DNA of 64,000 nt from the NCBI GenBank assembly GCA_964016885.1, contig OZ024746.1, positions 9,238,001-9,302,000 of the forward strand, read 5' to 3'. Positions within the stretch are counted from its first letter, which is position 1, and each line of letters starts with the position of its first letter. The position numbers and the translations under genes are program-made. Source of the stretch: Eledone cirrhosa. Taxonomy: Eukaryota. Below, piece after piece: positions 14,118-29,063 of this stretch. The notes below the pieces were generated by a model, which was not told the origin of the DNA, ran no database searches, and saw only the letters and a program-made list of their open reading frames with translations.

Positions 14118-14329
14118 TGAAATTAATAACGGAAATACATATATATATATACAGAGTAGACAATTCATTGCAAAGTATAGCATAACATAAAAATATAACA
14201 CAACATCAAAGGAAGTTTGGAGAAAGAGATTCTCTCTAAATCGCAAAGAACTCGTCGTTACGACAACAATCTTTTGAATAAAATAAACAGTTGGATACAA
14301 AAAATAACAACTGAAATAACAAAAATATA

Positions 14330-14477
14330 CAGGTAGTCCCCCAATTTACGAACGAGCTTGTTAGTTGATTCGTTCGTAAGTTCATCGTCTAACACACTAG
14401 GTTTCAGTAAGCCCATATATGTTACATTGATACTGCAGGTTTCCATATGAGTGATATATATATATATACTGTATAAG

Positions 14478-14533
<56 letters not shown>

Positions 14534-14890
14534 TGTGTACAGTGGTATATATATCCGAACTAAGGTGACTTTTCCTATATATATATATACAGTATATAGA
14601 GGTATATATATAACAGGTAATGAATTTAAATACTGTAAAGCTAATGACAATAAATTGTTAAAGGAAAGATGTACCTTTTAAATTCTGCCAAAACAGAATG
14701 GTATCGAATACCAGGTACGATTTCGGCTTATTTCTGCAAAAGAAGGAACCTTTTTATGCTGCAAAAGAAGAAAACTGGAGTCTAAAAGAGCTAACAAAAA
14801 CGCCAATTTCAAACACAGTCAACATTTATTTTCTTCATGAGACTGTTCGTATCTGCTTTCCTAAGTAGGATGTTCGTAAGTGAACACTGC
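14330..14890. mobile_element. Tigger/pogo-like MITE, decayed
   Basis: Left end TA|caggtagtcccccaatttacgaac with subterminal gttcgtaag repeats; degenerate right end gttcgtaagtgaacactg. Confidence 0.55.
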
Positions 14891-15600
14891 AAAATTATAA
14901 GTCGATACATGGAATTCATTGATTACTAGATTGCTTTTAATAATACTTCTTAGGCGTTGATTCTGGAAACTTAGACAAGTAACGTAGCAGATACATCCGA
15001 CGTCATAACTAAATGAAAAGCATTCAGATTCAAACAAAAGATAGAATTAGGAAACGCCCAACTATTATGAATAAGCCCAAACAACTTCTCTAAACACTTA
15101 TACAAAAGAATAGATGCAGGTCAGAGTATTAACTGAAACACAAACTTAGAATTACTTAAGAATTAAGTAACCAGACAACTTATAACACAAATAAAAACAT
15201 CTTGTAGAAATACCGTAGTCGTATTAGATTAATACTTAATATTCAACTAAGAAATGCCAAAAATAAAATAATAGACATGGTCACTCTGACAGCTGACCTT
15301 GTAATAAATTATAATTATAAATGTAGTTAGAACTAGAATATTCTCAACTGAAAACTAAATTACTTAGCTAGACTAGGCTGGAAAATAAGAAAGATAATGA
15401 CAGTATTTAGTATACGCCACACAAAATTTAGCACATAAAGATTATATTTATCATAAACAGAGCAAACTAGAAATCTGTTATCGAACATCTATTGACGGAC
15501 CATAAAAATACGGAAAAAGGAATAAAGGAGAACTAATACAAATAATTATCTACAAAACTAGAACAAAATAAAAGAATCTACTTTCAATTTTCAAGGAAGC

Positions 15601-16871
15601 CAACAAATATAATACAGAGGTTGAAGCAACAAATATAATACAGAGGTTGAAGCAACAAATATAATACAGAGGTTGAAGCAACAAATATAATACAGAGGTT
15701 GAAGCAACAAATATAATACAGAGGTTGAAGCAACAAATATAATACAGAGGTTGAAGCAACAAATATAATACAGAGGTTGAAGCAACAAATATAATACAGA
15801 GGTTGAAGCAACAAATATAATACAGAGGTTGAAGCAACAAATATAATACAGAGGTTGAAGCAACAAATATAATACAGAGGTTGAAGCAACAAATATAATA
15901 CAGAGGTTGAAGCAACAAATATAATACAGAGGTTGAAGCAACAAATATAATACAGAGGTTGGAGCAACAAATATAATACAGAGGTTGAAGCAACAAATAT
16001 AATACAGAGGTTGAAGCAACAAATATAATACAGAGGTTGAAGCAACAAATATAATACAGAGGTTGAAGCAACAAATATAATACAGAGGTTGAAGCAACAA
16101 ATATAATACAGAGGTTGAAGCAACAAATATAATACAGAGGTTGAAGCAACAAATATAATACAGAGGTTGAAGCAACAAATATAATACAGAGGTTGAAGCA
16201 ACAAATATAATACAGAGGTTGAAGCAACAAATATAATACAGAGGTTGGAGCAACAAATATAATACAGAGGTTGAAGCAACAAATATAATACAGAGGTTGA
16301 AGCAACAAATATAATACAGAGGTTGAAGCAACAAATATAATACAGAGGTTGAAGCAACAAATATAATACAGAGGTTGAAGCAACAAATATAATACAGAGG
16401 TTGAAGCAACAAATATAATACAGAGGTTGGAGCAACAAATATAATACAGAGGTTGAAGCAACAAATATAATACAGAGGTTGAAGCAACAAATATAATACA
16501 GAGGTTGGAGCAACAAATATAATACAGAGGTTGAAGCAACAAATATAATACAGAGGTTGAAGCAACAAATATAATACAGAGGTTGGAGCAACAAATATAA
16601 TACAGAGGTTGAAGCAACAAATATAATACAGAGGTTGAAGCAACAAATATAATACAGAGGTTGAAGCAACAAATATAATACAGAGGTTGAAGCAACAAAT
16701 ATAATACAGAGGTTGGAGCAACAAATATAATACAGAGGTTGAAGCAACAAATATAATACAGAGGTTGGAGCAACAAATATAATACAGAGGTTGGAGCAAC
16801 AAATATAATACAGAGGTTGGAGCAACAAATATAATACAGAGGTTGAAGCAACAAATATAATACAGAGGTTG
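15601..16871. repeat. 26-bp minisatellite (gaagcaacaaatataatacagaggtt), ~49 copies
   Basis: Near-perfect tandem units with a single A/G variant position. Confidence 0.98.
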
Positions 16872-18019
16872 TTATTACAGAATATCAAACTAAGATGCTA
16901 AGATGATGATGACAAGAAACCCTTCTATATACTGAAAAGTTCACAGGCTGACCAAGATATTCTCATGGAATGACCACATGAGGTTATTTTTCAACATACT
17001 CCATGGAAGGAACCAATGCAAATGTTTGTAAGAAGAGTTGAAGTTAATGCCTACGAGATTTCACAGCTCTAGCATCACTTCTTCATAGTCAGCCCACGAA
17101 CGTCAATCACCACTCAAGCAAAAGAGAAACGAATAATGAGTATGGAATCAATGAACATCTTGTTGCCCTGTTGTCTGTATACGAATGCCCGAGTATTTGT
17201 GTTAAAATAAATTGTCCTAAATCGAAACCACTCAATGTGGGAGTATGCGTACTAAGAACCAATTGTTGTTTCTTGTAAATGCAATTGATAATCTTTCTTC
17301 TCTCCCCTTCCTTCAATAGCTTCTTTTCTGGAAGTGATATTATATCCAGTCGCACAATATTTCTCTCTCACTTCACTCTTCATTTGCAGAAACGATCCGT
17401 TTCTGAAGGAGGGTTTGCGGCTTCTACAATTAATTATGTTGGTATTATGTCAGGTGGTAGCGGTATAGGTGTGAGAATTTGTTGCTGCTGCTGCTACTGC
17501 TATCGATGTTTACATCAGTTGAAGAAGTTAAAATTCTACTATGTGTCTCCTCGCTGTGATAATTACAACCACCCTGTGCAGCATAGTTACCACATGTGTT
17601 ATTCTTGATGGTGGTGGCGAGGTGGTCTTTGTAACGTCGCTACCGCGGTCATAGATTGTTGGTGTGAGAGAAGGAAATTGTTTGTCTTTATCCCACTCTT
17701 TGTTATTTTACTGGAGAAGTGCTGGAATTTCTCAGCCAAATTTCTGTTATTTTATTGCTCTTGCTTGGTCCTCCTTTTTGTCTGAAAACAAACTAAGGCA
17801 GCTAACCTGACCACTATGTTAGCAACATGGCTATCTTCATCTCTCTACTCTTCGTTAATTTTTCCTTGTGGTTTGTTTTTCTCTATATATACTTCATTAT
17901 TCATAATTTAGTCTTTTAGCAAGACAGCGGCCATGGAGCACGATGACCACCTGACTACCTTAAGCTAACTTCATTGTATATTCTTCCTTGTTATCTCTAC
18001 GTTGAGGCATTACACCAGG

Positions 18020-19560
18020 AGGGCAAATCAATTTGAACAGAAGAGTCCTGTTTTATTTAATCAAAGCCGCCATAGTTTTACTGTAACATTCGATGAGATG
18101 CAATATAAACTTTTACACCAAATGAGGGAGAAGCAATACAACTCTGGTCGAGAATTTGCCGATGTCAGACTCAAAATTTAATATGGATCAAAACAGTTAT
18201 GATGGAACTGAACAATGCAGAGAAGCAAAGATCAATCTGTATTACTAGGTTCAGTCTTATAGCTAATAAAGATATTACCAGATTGAATAGTCCCAGGATT
18301 GAATGAGATACAAGGACGTTTGAAAGAAATCTGAAATACATACATGATCATACGATCAATCATCTAAATGAATGTGAAACATGAGAGAGTATACTGGAGT
18401 GGATGGTTGAGAGATAAACAATTTACTTAAATTATGAAAGATAGAGCAAAGGGAAATGCAGTACAAAGTTATTTGATCACATGCTTCAGTATCCTACGGA
18501 AGTTACTAGCAGGTATATTTGCTGGGAAAACGCACGAGTATTTGTTGTAGAACAAATTACTAACTGCTGAACAGAAGGAAATATGGAAACAGACTAAAGG
18601 CATCAAAGACTATTTAATCATAGATTAAAGGATAAAGAAAACGTGAAAGTGGTGATACACTAATCTATATATGGCGTGGGTCAACCTCCAAAATACCTAC
18701 ATCTATGTCAACATCCTCAGTAGTAGTATGGCGCACTGAGAAAATAATTTGGAGATGAAGTGTAGCTGTTAAAAGCGTTATCTTTCAGGCTAACTCTTTT
18801 TTCCGTTTGTTATTTATTTTAGCGTTAATATTTATCTCAAATTATCATGGATCACTTAAAGATAGTCGCAACGTGAGAGAAAACGATTGATTGATTTGTT
18901 AAAACAGTACATGAGCGACTTTAAACAATAAGAGAAGGACGAGAACGTACCCATTTTAATAGAATAATTGTATCAGAAGAACGAAGGATTTTAAAACCTA
19001 AGGACAATAGGTACAAGTACCTAGGGATACAGGCACTTGATAACATCATGCATAAGTAGATCAAGGAAAAAAGGGCAAATAATACATTTGAAAAGATTAA
19101 AGCTTGTATTGCAGTCCAAGTTTAATTGAAGGAGCTCGATCAATGTGACCAACATATATGCGTTTTCTGTCATCCTAATGCTGGAATAGTGAATTGGAAG
19201 ATGAAATAGATGCATTAAACAGAAAAACGAGAAAAGCCTTAACTATACATGGAGTGCTTCATTTATTGGTAAATGTCAATGGTTTATACATGAAAAGGAA
19301 TGTTAATGGATGAAGACCTATTAGCATCTCTGACTGTGTGGGTGGAGAGCAAATATCAATAAATCAAAAGTATACAAAAAGTATATAAAAACTACTTAAA
19401 CATGCTCTAATAGAAATAGTAGTTGTTGGCGTCAATTTTCAAGAGAAGAGCGTATATCAAAGTAGGATAACTTGTGAAAGAGAGAGCATTGTTGAAGAGA
19501 TGCAGTTGCATGGACAGTTCATCAGAGATTACAAAAATGTGGAAAATCGTGAATCCTCGT
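18020..19560 (+). pseudogene. Heavily decayed R4/Dong-clade non-LTR reverse transcriptase
   Basis: Ordered motif remnants: PGLNEIQG (~18292), MKDRAKGNAV..ITCFSILRKLLAGI (~18434), LLTAEQK..TKGIKDYLIID, NLYMAWV (~18662), FQANS (QGDS equivalent, ~18783), MDHLK (MDDLK equivalent, ~18848), YKYLG (~19012), LQSKFN, LHGQF (~19507). Many stops and frameshifts. Confidence 0.8.
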
Positions 19561-19606
19561 AGGAGTAATAAAAATAACCCGACAAATATATTACAACTGA
19601 AATTTC

Positions 19607-20483
19607 GCATTGAGCCATGTTAGAATATGCATTGAGCCATGTTAGAATAAGCATTGAGCCATGTTAGAATATGCATTGAGCCATGTTAGAATAAGCATTG
19701 AGCCATGTTAGAATATACATTGAACCATGTTAGAATAAGCATTGAGCCATGTTAGAATATGCATTGAGCCATGTTAGAATAAGCATTGAGCCATGTTAGA
19801 ATAAGCATTGAGTTATGTTAGAATAAGCATTGAGCCATGTTAGAATATACATTGAGCCATATTAGAATATACATTGAGCCATGTTAGAATATACATTGAG
19901 CCATGTTAGAATATACATTGAGCCATGTTAGAATAAGCATTGCACCATGTTAGAATATACATTGAGTTATGTTAGAATAAGCATTGAGCCATGTTAGAAT
20001 ATACATTGAGCCATGTTAGAATAAGCATTGCGCCATGTTAGAATAAGCATTGAGCCATGTTAGAATATACATTGAGCCATGTTAGAATAAGCATTGAGCC
20101 ATGTTAGAATAAGCATTGAGCCATGTTAGAATAAGCATTGAGCCATGTTAGAATATACATTGAGCCATGTTAGAATAAGCATTGAGCCATGTTAGAATAT
20201 ACATTGAGCCATGTTAGAATAAGCATTGCGCCATGTTAGAATATACATTGAGTTATGTTAGAATAAGCATTGAGCCATGTTAGAATATACATTGAGCCAT
20301 GTTAGAATAAGCATTGCGCCATGTTAGAATAAGCATTGAGCCATGTTAGAATATACATTGAGCCATGTTAGAATAAGCATTGAGCCATGTTAGAATAAGC
20401 ATTGAGCCATGTTAGAATAAGCATTGAGCCATGTTAGAATAAGCATTGAGCCATGTTAGAATAAGCATTGAGTTATGTTAGAA
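19607..20483. repeat. 22-bp minisatellite (gcattgagccatgttagaataa), ~40 copies
   Basis: Direct sequence; variant units recur with 286-bp (13-unit) spacing. Confidence 0.98.
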
Positions 20484-20519
20484 AATATATCACCAACAAT
20501 AGCAGCAGCAATAAAGGCA

Positions 20520-21053
20520 ACCACAACAATAATTGTTTCCATAATTGGCACATGGTCAGCAGTTGGAAGGGAAATGGAAAGTTGATTAAATCGACCCCTG
20601 GACGCTGCTAATACTATATTTTATAGACCTCATAAGGAGGAAAGGCAAAGATAATCTCGGCGGGACTTGAACTCCGTCGTTCGGGGCCCGGCCCATACTG
20701 CCAATCCACTAATAATAATAATAATCGTTTCTACTTTTGGCACAAGGCCAGCAAATACCCCAGTGCATTACTGGTACTTTATTTTATTGACTCTGTAAGG
20801 ATGAAAGGCAAAGCTAACCTAGTCTGTATTTGAAGTCAGAGCGTAAAGGGCCATGAGTCTATACTGCAAAGCATGGTCTCTGACGCTCTACCGATATTGC
20901 CAATCCAATCCAATGATTATAATAATAATGGTTTCTTATATAGGCACAAGGCCAGCAATTTTTGAGGGCGGGAAAATCGATTAAATCGATCCCAGTGCAT
21001 TACTGGTACATTATTGTATCGACCCCGTAAGGATGAAAGGCAAAGTAGACCTT
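20520..21053 (-). mobile_element. Three head-to-tail SINE copies (~20520-20709, ~20710-20907, ~20915-21053)
   Basis: Each has the ggatgaaaggcaaag core and an (AAT)n-type tail on the left. Two retain tRNA-like box-B sequence (gagttcaagtccc; gacttcaaatac). Confidence 0.85.
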
Positions 21054-24000
21054 CAATAATAATGATAATTTACTTGTCAAATCACAAGTGTATAAATTTG
21101 ATTCCATCTAAAATTAAGTTTCTTAGAGTGCATGGCATTTTGTCCGAACCTCTTGCAATTCTGCCAAGAAAATAATATACAAATGGTCCTTGTAATTAGT
21201 TTCAAATTTCATTTAATCGTTTCTTAATTTCATCTTTAAAAAATTAATTCATGGCTTAGATTAATTAAAAGAAAAAAAATATTACACAATACCCCTTGAA
21301 AATTTTGTATGAAATTTATTTATGGAAATAATATAAAAAAACTATCCAAAACAAGATATTATCACCTGGAAACCATAATCATTTAATAACATTATTAACC
21401 GGAAATAGTTATTGCATGTTAATTTTGAAAACAGGAAACGCTGATCATCTAGTAATTTAGCTATCCGGATACATGGACGTCATAAACATTATATTTTGGC
21501 AACTAATCAGCACTGCAGGAGGAAGAAAAGGTGTTTGAATTAGCTGCTTAACTGATATTTGTTCAAAAGTACAATGATTCTATACCGAAAGTGTTTTATG
21601 AATCGACTAATGGTGATTCCATAACTGCAAAAGTTGTCTTTAAGAAGAATGTTAATATGAAAATGAAAATCAAATGAAATTATAACGAATAATCTATTGA
21701 CATTGATTAAAATCAATTACCTTAAATTTCCCATTTATTGTGATTATACATCTCACAACAGCACATATTACAACAAACATTTGTCTTAATTGCTAGATAA
21801 TTTTCCTTGTATTTTTCTGTTATTTTAAGGTTTAGTTTCGAATGAAATGATTGCAAGATTGATCTTAACTGTTAAAGACTATACAGCTGAAACAAAGTTA
21901 AACTTTAAGGAATTTATCATTGTGTGTTAAAATTATTTCATCCATTATCGGTAATAATTTATCTGTGAGCAAAATGTTATTATTCGATTATATGAATCTG
22001 ATGGCGTGGCAGAACTATTAGAGCATGCAACGAGTATATAATTTCGTCTCTATTTTCTGAGGTCAAGTCATCCTTCTGATGTCATTTAAATAGCTCCGGA
22101 AATGTAGTGAAATCAATTCAATTGGCTACGCCTTCTCTTCAGAATTTATGGCAGTGTGCCAACGAGAAAAATCGTTGTTAGATCATGTTAAACTCAATTT
22201 GTAAACGTCAGTTTAAAGCAAGTTTTCCATATTTGATTATGTATTACATATTTCATTTTCTTAATCGCTATCTCTGGACAGATTTTCAATAAGTATGCAC
22301 CATACGCTGCAGAGTATTATTATGAATATTATCAAACTTAATAGGTTATTATTAATATTACATTGATCAAGTATGTGAGATATGTCTCAGACGATAGAGT
22401 ATATAACTGCTTTATGTTATCTAGTATCATAACGTGTCTTTTTTATTTATAATCTCGTCATAACTGATTCGATCATTTATCTCCTAATTTAATAAACAAT
22501 ATTTAATTACGTATTAATATCCTTAGTAATATAATGAATACCCTTTGCTTACAATCATTATACAATGAAATAGAAATAGCAACCGAATCGTTCTCAGATC
22601 ACGCCTTACTACTTTAACTAATGAATGAATTAATTAGATAACGCAATCTTATAAACCTTTAAAAGGAGGGAACAGTCATGGATATAAATTTGATCTTCCA
22701 TCCAGCACGGTTTAACTTTAATACTTATCTCATTTCGAATCACGTCTCAGTGTGGGACTAGTTAAATTCCTGTCACTATTGCAGCATATTCAGAATCAGT
22801 TATTCAGGTCCTTGTCGCATTTACATAGTAGTAGTCAAATATGAATACCTTTATTTTATAACATGTACATATATACAAAATGGTTTCTTAAATAAACCAC
22901 TTTTTTATGTTGATATAGAATTATAATTCTGTGTAATGTACCCCTTCTCGCCTCTGTCCGTTGCCTGGTTTTGTTTTTATCTTTTGTTTTCATATTTCCA
23001 TCAATATTTGTAATGTTATTTATCCATCGAAACATATATAGCCGAAACACAAGCTTTACTAGCATCATTCCTTTAAAAACAAATCTAATGTAAATGTATG
23101 TTATTTGTCTTAAAACGTAAATTCCTCGGATTCTCGACTTTATTTTATAAAATTAAATCCGAGATGCAGTTCATATAAATTGTTTTATGTTTTTATATAT
23201 CTATTTATGATGATTTTTGTGAGAGATTGATTGTATAACACCATAGTGGCTTCCGTGAGTTTCCACAGCGAGTATTCAGTTGTACGACCAACTGAATACA
23301 TAGTGAAATTATCGTGTATGTAGCGGGGTATTTAATAGACGTGAACGCAATTACCGAGATGAATCAGTGTGATGTGACATATTGTAACATGTGTAAAAGT
23401 CTGTATATCTTTATGTGAGTCCAATGTACGTATAAGAGTGTTACATCGAGTGTATATTTGATAGCTCGTTTTCTATCTTCTGTGTTTACCAGTTTATATG
23501 TCAGATTTTTGTTTTTCTCGGAACATCGGCACCATCATTTGAAAATTCATTTCACGTTCGTATTTATATATTCTTCCGTTGAATTCTGTCACCAACATAA
23601 TAGTTTTTCAAACAAGTTTTACTAAAGATCAATAATATAAGCATATATTTTACTAAAGCTATTTCTGTAAAAGTTAATTTTTAATATTCGGTTTGTTCAC
23701 TATGGTCTCCAAAGTTAATAATAAATCTCGCTAAAAAGATTAATTGCTTATTTCTCTAAGCTTCCATTCCCACTATATTTATAGTCATAAGCCTATTTAC
23801 CTCTACCACACACATATAGGGTATTATCTCTCTCACTTCTCTTTATCTTTGTACTATTCTTAACTCTGATAGGAAAATTTCAATTTCAAAACTTTATAAA
23901 TGTGTTAATTAAAACATAGATACATACAAATATTCAGTAATCTCTCTCTATACCTTGTTGTGTAACTCCACCTAATTCTGCAGTCAGTATATCTATCATT

Positions 24001-24946
24001 GACCTCACCCCTTCCTATGTTGTTTTCTGTTTGATTTTAAGATGCTATGGTAGGACTTAAAGATGATTGGTAGCAATGCTTGGTAAATTAAATGACTACA
24101 TATAATCTTTCCCATTGCCTCTATATGAATAACAGAGCTCGCTATCATCAGTGTTAACCCATTAGCTCAGGGTATTGGCAAAATATCTCGAGTGATGAAA
24201 TGCAAACTTGAAACGAACTTAAGAGAAGGATTCTTATTAATGAACTGATGTATCTTCAGCTATAATTGATTTCCTTCTTTTCCCTTTATGAAGTGATAAA
24301 TAGAAAGCTACAGCTGCAATATTAATTTCCGAAGTTAAGATTAATTATATAGTTATAATGTATACATAAGAAAGCAATCGCATGGGTTTCTATAAATGAA
24401 ATATGATACTAATACATATATACAAATGTCAGAATGGTTCATTTGAGTTACAACGAAAGCCATGATGTGGCTCACTTTCATTTGAAAATATTAATAAGGG
24501 AAATGAACTTGAATTTATTCTATTTCATATTCGATGCTGATAAATTAAATATTAGTTTACTGTCCCCATTGTTAATTTTTATCACATAAAACAATTAAAA
24601 ATTACGACAAGCGCAGGGCTTTTGTGGAATGTCATCAAGACATTAATATTTTAGATATACATTTAGATAATTAAGTAGCAAAATATTCTGGATAACACAA
24701 GCAGTTTGCTAGAATAGGGGAAAGTGACAAAACGAAATAATTATCAGTTCTTTGATAGTTAATTCAAAATACCGAGCGATATTTTTTTCCTTCATCAAAA
24801 TAATTATGTTTATAACATTATTGCAGTCGTTGTAAAAAGTGTTTACCGTTATTTGATTTCATTCAGTAATAACTAGCTGGTATGTTTCTGACCAATTGTC
24901 ATTTTCACCCAGGATTAGAATATTTAAGAGTTAAACTGAAAATATG

Positions 24947-25267
24947 CTATATGTAGCAAGCCTGGAGTGTTATGGTTTCAAGGTCGTTAAGTGTGCATGA
25001 ATCTTCACGATTAAGGCAATCTAGAAGGTGCTCCATAGTTTGTAATTGCTCGCATTGGCAGTTGGAATCATCATAGGTGGCATATCCCCATTTCTGAATG
25101 TTGGATCTACAGTGACCAACAGCTGTGCGGAGGTGGTTCAGGCAGGACGTGAAGAGCCAGGTATCACTGGGGCCAGGGAGAAGAGATTCTGTAGGGCTGA
25201 GGGAGAGCCTGTGTTCTACGTTGTGAAGGTGGTTGCACCACAGGGACAGACGCTGACTAGATGCTCT
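24947..25267 (-). mobile_element. Vingi/Ingi-like LINE C-terminal fragment
   Basis: Minus strand open frame ...PGPSDTWLFTSCLNHLRTAVGHCRSNIQKWGYATYDDSNCQCEQLQTMEHLLDC... matches the LNRLRTG..KWG..CxC..QTMxH..C zinc-knuckle end of Ingi/Vingi elements. Confidence 0.8.
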
Positions 25268-25379
25268 CTTCTTCTTCTTCTTCTTCTTCTTCTTCTTCTT
25301 CTTCTTCTTCTTCTTCTTCTTCTTCTTCTTCTTCTTCTTCTTCTTCTTCTTCTTCTTCTTCTTCTTCTTCTTCTTCTTC
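25268..25379. repeat. (CTT)n microsatellite
   Basis: Direct sequence. Confidence 0.98.
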
Positions 25380-25434
25380 AGAGGAACGGAATAAAATTAT
25401 TTAAAAAAGAAACGTGTGTATTTGTTCAGCCAAT

Positions 25435-25511
<77 letters not shown>

Positions 25512-26654
25512 GTGTGTGTGTGGCAGTCGACTTATGAGATTTTTCTTCCAATTGTTCAACCAAGCGAAGGTGAAAAGATTGAAGGTGTAATGAGAGAGAT
25601 TATTGTTAGTAGGTGTTACGTTTGTTCACTGGGTTTTGAATTGTTGATTAATAGCGTAATAAGAATAATAAATCAAAAACGGAAACCTTCGTAGTGGAGA
25701 TAGCTCGTACTGTCCAGGAATAGAGTTGAGGTAGAAATGGTATTTGGCGTGTGTGAGGTGATATTTAAAGAAAGGTTAAGAAACAAGTTACAGTTGATCG
25801 GCTGTATGTAGTTTAGAAGGTAATCGGTCAAAGATGGTAATTTTGCCTTTAAATAAGATCAATTGAATATCTATCGAGAATGTTGTTTAGACATCATGTA
25901 CAATTAGAAGCAACTATTTTTAAGGCTTGTGCGTGTGGATGTGGTGCATGTATGTATATGTGTGCATCATATTAAGTATATTGCACTCACTCATAATATG
26001 TCATTGAGGACACATGTAATTTGGCAGGAAAACCTATATATGTGCATCTCTATAATTATTAGATTTCTTTACAAATGTAAGCTCCTGAGACTTTGTCAAC
26101 AAGAAACCAATATGTCCGATTGTGAACTAATACCCTAGAGTAACAAATCGACTCCATGATCTTGTTTCTGATCCCAGATGGAGAAATTAAACAAAATTTC
26201 ATTACGTTAACATATTAGTCATCATCGTGTTTTTACCGATGACGTTTTCACGAAATATTACGGTACCAGTGATGAAATACGAAACTCTTCATCATTGACA
26301 CAGATATCAATATTTTATCGACCACTTCTTTTTTCTTTAAATATACTCCACCTTCAAAGAGTTTCGTGTGATCTGTAAGAAGGAAAACTGTGTTAGTAGA
26401 AGAACGTATTGAAGTGATGACGTAGGAATGATATCGTGTTGCGTGCTGCAGATCCATGCTCTCAAAATATGACATTCGTTATCTTAATACTTTTGTAGAA
26501 GGAGATTTCTATAATTTTGCATGTCAATTTCCAAAGATTTTTATAATTTAGTTCTTAATTACGAAATTATTTTTTCGACATTTTCCCATAGAAATAGAAA
26601 ACAAACCAATATTTCAACTCCCACTCTCTCTCTCTCTTTCTCTCTTTCTCTCTT

Positions 26655-26686
<32 letters not shown>

Positions 26687-26864
26687 ACTATCTATCTATC
26701 TCTCTTTCTCTCAATCGCATCGCGAAACTAATTGTTCCGCCCTATTCTTCTTATTTATTATTATTTATTATTTTTTCATTTCTTGTTTTACTTTTCCCTA
26801 ATTCATTTCACCCACTCATTTTTCTCCCGGGTTTCATTTTATCCTTACGTTCAAATGAAAAAAA

Positions 26865-26924
<60 letters not shown>

Positions 26925-27145
26925 CTATCTCTCTATCTATCTCTCTATCTATTTATCTATATCTCCGTCTATCTCTCACATATGAGAGTCTCATATCTAA
27001 GTCTTATACGACACTCTCTAACGCGGCAGTTCATCTAAATATTTTTTTCCCTACCGCTCACACATTCTCCGTGTCTCTTTCTCTCCTTCTCACTCCTTTC
27101 TCTTCCCCCTCTTTTTCTCTAACTCTCCCGTTCACTCCCTTCCAT

Positions 27146-27185
<40 letters not shown>

Positions 27186-27953
27186 ACAATACACAGAAAT
27201 CCCCATTATTTTATCTCTTTCCCCCATTATATCACTTTCTTCTCGAATCGTTGTTTTCTGATGGTGTGAAATTTTACCTGTTTCCCGTCCGCCATCTCTC
27301 TCACCCACGCGCCACTTTCTTCTTCCCCTTCTCCACTTATCTCATTATCCCTTTCTCGGCTTATAGCTCTGGATATATCTATATAATTATCTATCAATCA
27401 ATGTATCTATATATTTATTTATCTATATCTATTTATAACTTTTTTATCTATATTTTCCCTGTATCTAGTTCACGCCAGTTATTGCTATACATACATACAT
27501 ACATACATACATACATACATACATACATACATACATACATACATACATACATACATACATACATGCATAATGCTTACATACATAATGCATACATACATAC
27601 ATATATACATATAAACATACATATATACATATATACATACATACATATATATTCATACATGCATGCATACATATTTACATAAATACATCATACATGCATA
27701 CATATATGTATACATACATGCATACATACATATATATACATATATATACATACATGCATACATATTTACATACATACATCATGCAGGCATACATATATGT
27801 ATACATACATGCATATATGTATACATACATGCATATATGTATACATACATACATATATATACATATATATATACATACATGCATGCATACATATTTACAT
27901 ACATACATCATGCAGGCGCATACATATATGTATACATACATGCATATATATAT

Positions 27954-28014
<61 letters not shown>

Positions 28015-28943
28015 TTCCCCACTCAATCTATATCCATCATCCACTGAACAGCCCGCCTTCTAAATCATCTAATTTACGGCTATGATTAGCGAACATCAAT
28101 ATTAGTACAATACGTTGACACGGTTGACAGGTGTTTTAGTTTACTTAAGTCACTAATTACAGCCCACTTCATATAAACGGATTACATACAGTTCAATATC
28201 GTGTATCCAAGATACAATACTGTGAGCAGAGTGTCAGAAATATATATATATTAAAAAAAGTATTAGAACAAGAAAATAATAGAAAAATATAAAGATGAAT
28301 AAAAAGATTGGTAAATTTATCTTACCTTTTCTGCATCACCAAATAAATATAATTCATAGGGAAAACTGAATAATACACTTCAGAAATATAAAATCATGGA
28401 AGATGAAGCTAAATAAATATAGGAAAACCACAAATGCCTCTTTGTGTTTCAAATGACAAAATAAACCTGCCTAAACAGAGAAAATCCCATCATAAATCCG
28501 TCACAATATTTGTACTTAAATGTACTGATACATAATACAGACGCTGCATGTACTAATGGTTAAGAAATTCACTTCACAATTATTCGGTCTCGAGTATTAT
28601 AAGTATCAATTGTCATAGCCTCAACCAATAAACTCATGCCTTTTGAGGAAAATTGGAGGGGAATTGGGTAGAAGGACACTATTTGGAGGGCCGTTGGATC
28701 AACTGTACCTGTAAAGTGAAGAAAAAAAAGGTCAGTGTCACACTGAATCATTTTACAAATTACGTTCATGGAACACGTGTCTGTGCATTGGGTTAGTTAT
28801 CGAACAACTGGACCACTCACAATCGAAACCACTGGAAATGGATTTAACTGACACACATGGACCAACACGCAACCTGACCACTGAAATGTGCAAAAGTTAA
28901 TAGTTAAGGAAATTCAACATACTTGACCTCCTGTTATTTCACT

Positions 28944-29054
<111 letters not shown>

Positions 29055-29063
29055 ATATATATA

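Noticed and set aside
15550-16888. Three 400-aa minus-strand ORFs; CRISPR-like regularity
   Set aside because: Pure 26-bp tandem repeat open in all three frames; no unique spacers, eukaryotic context.
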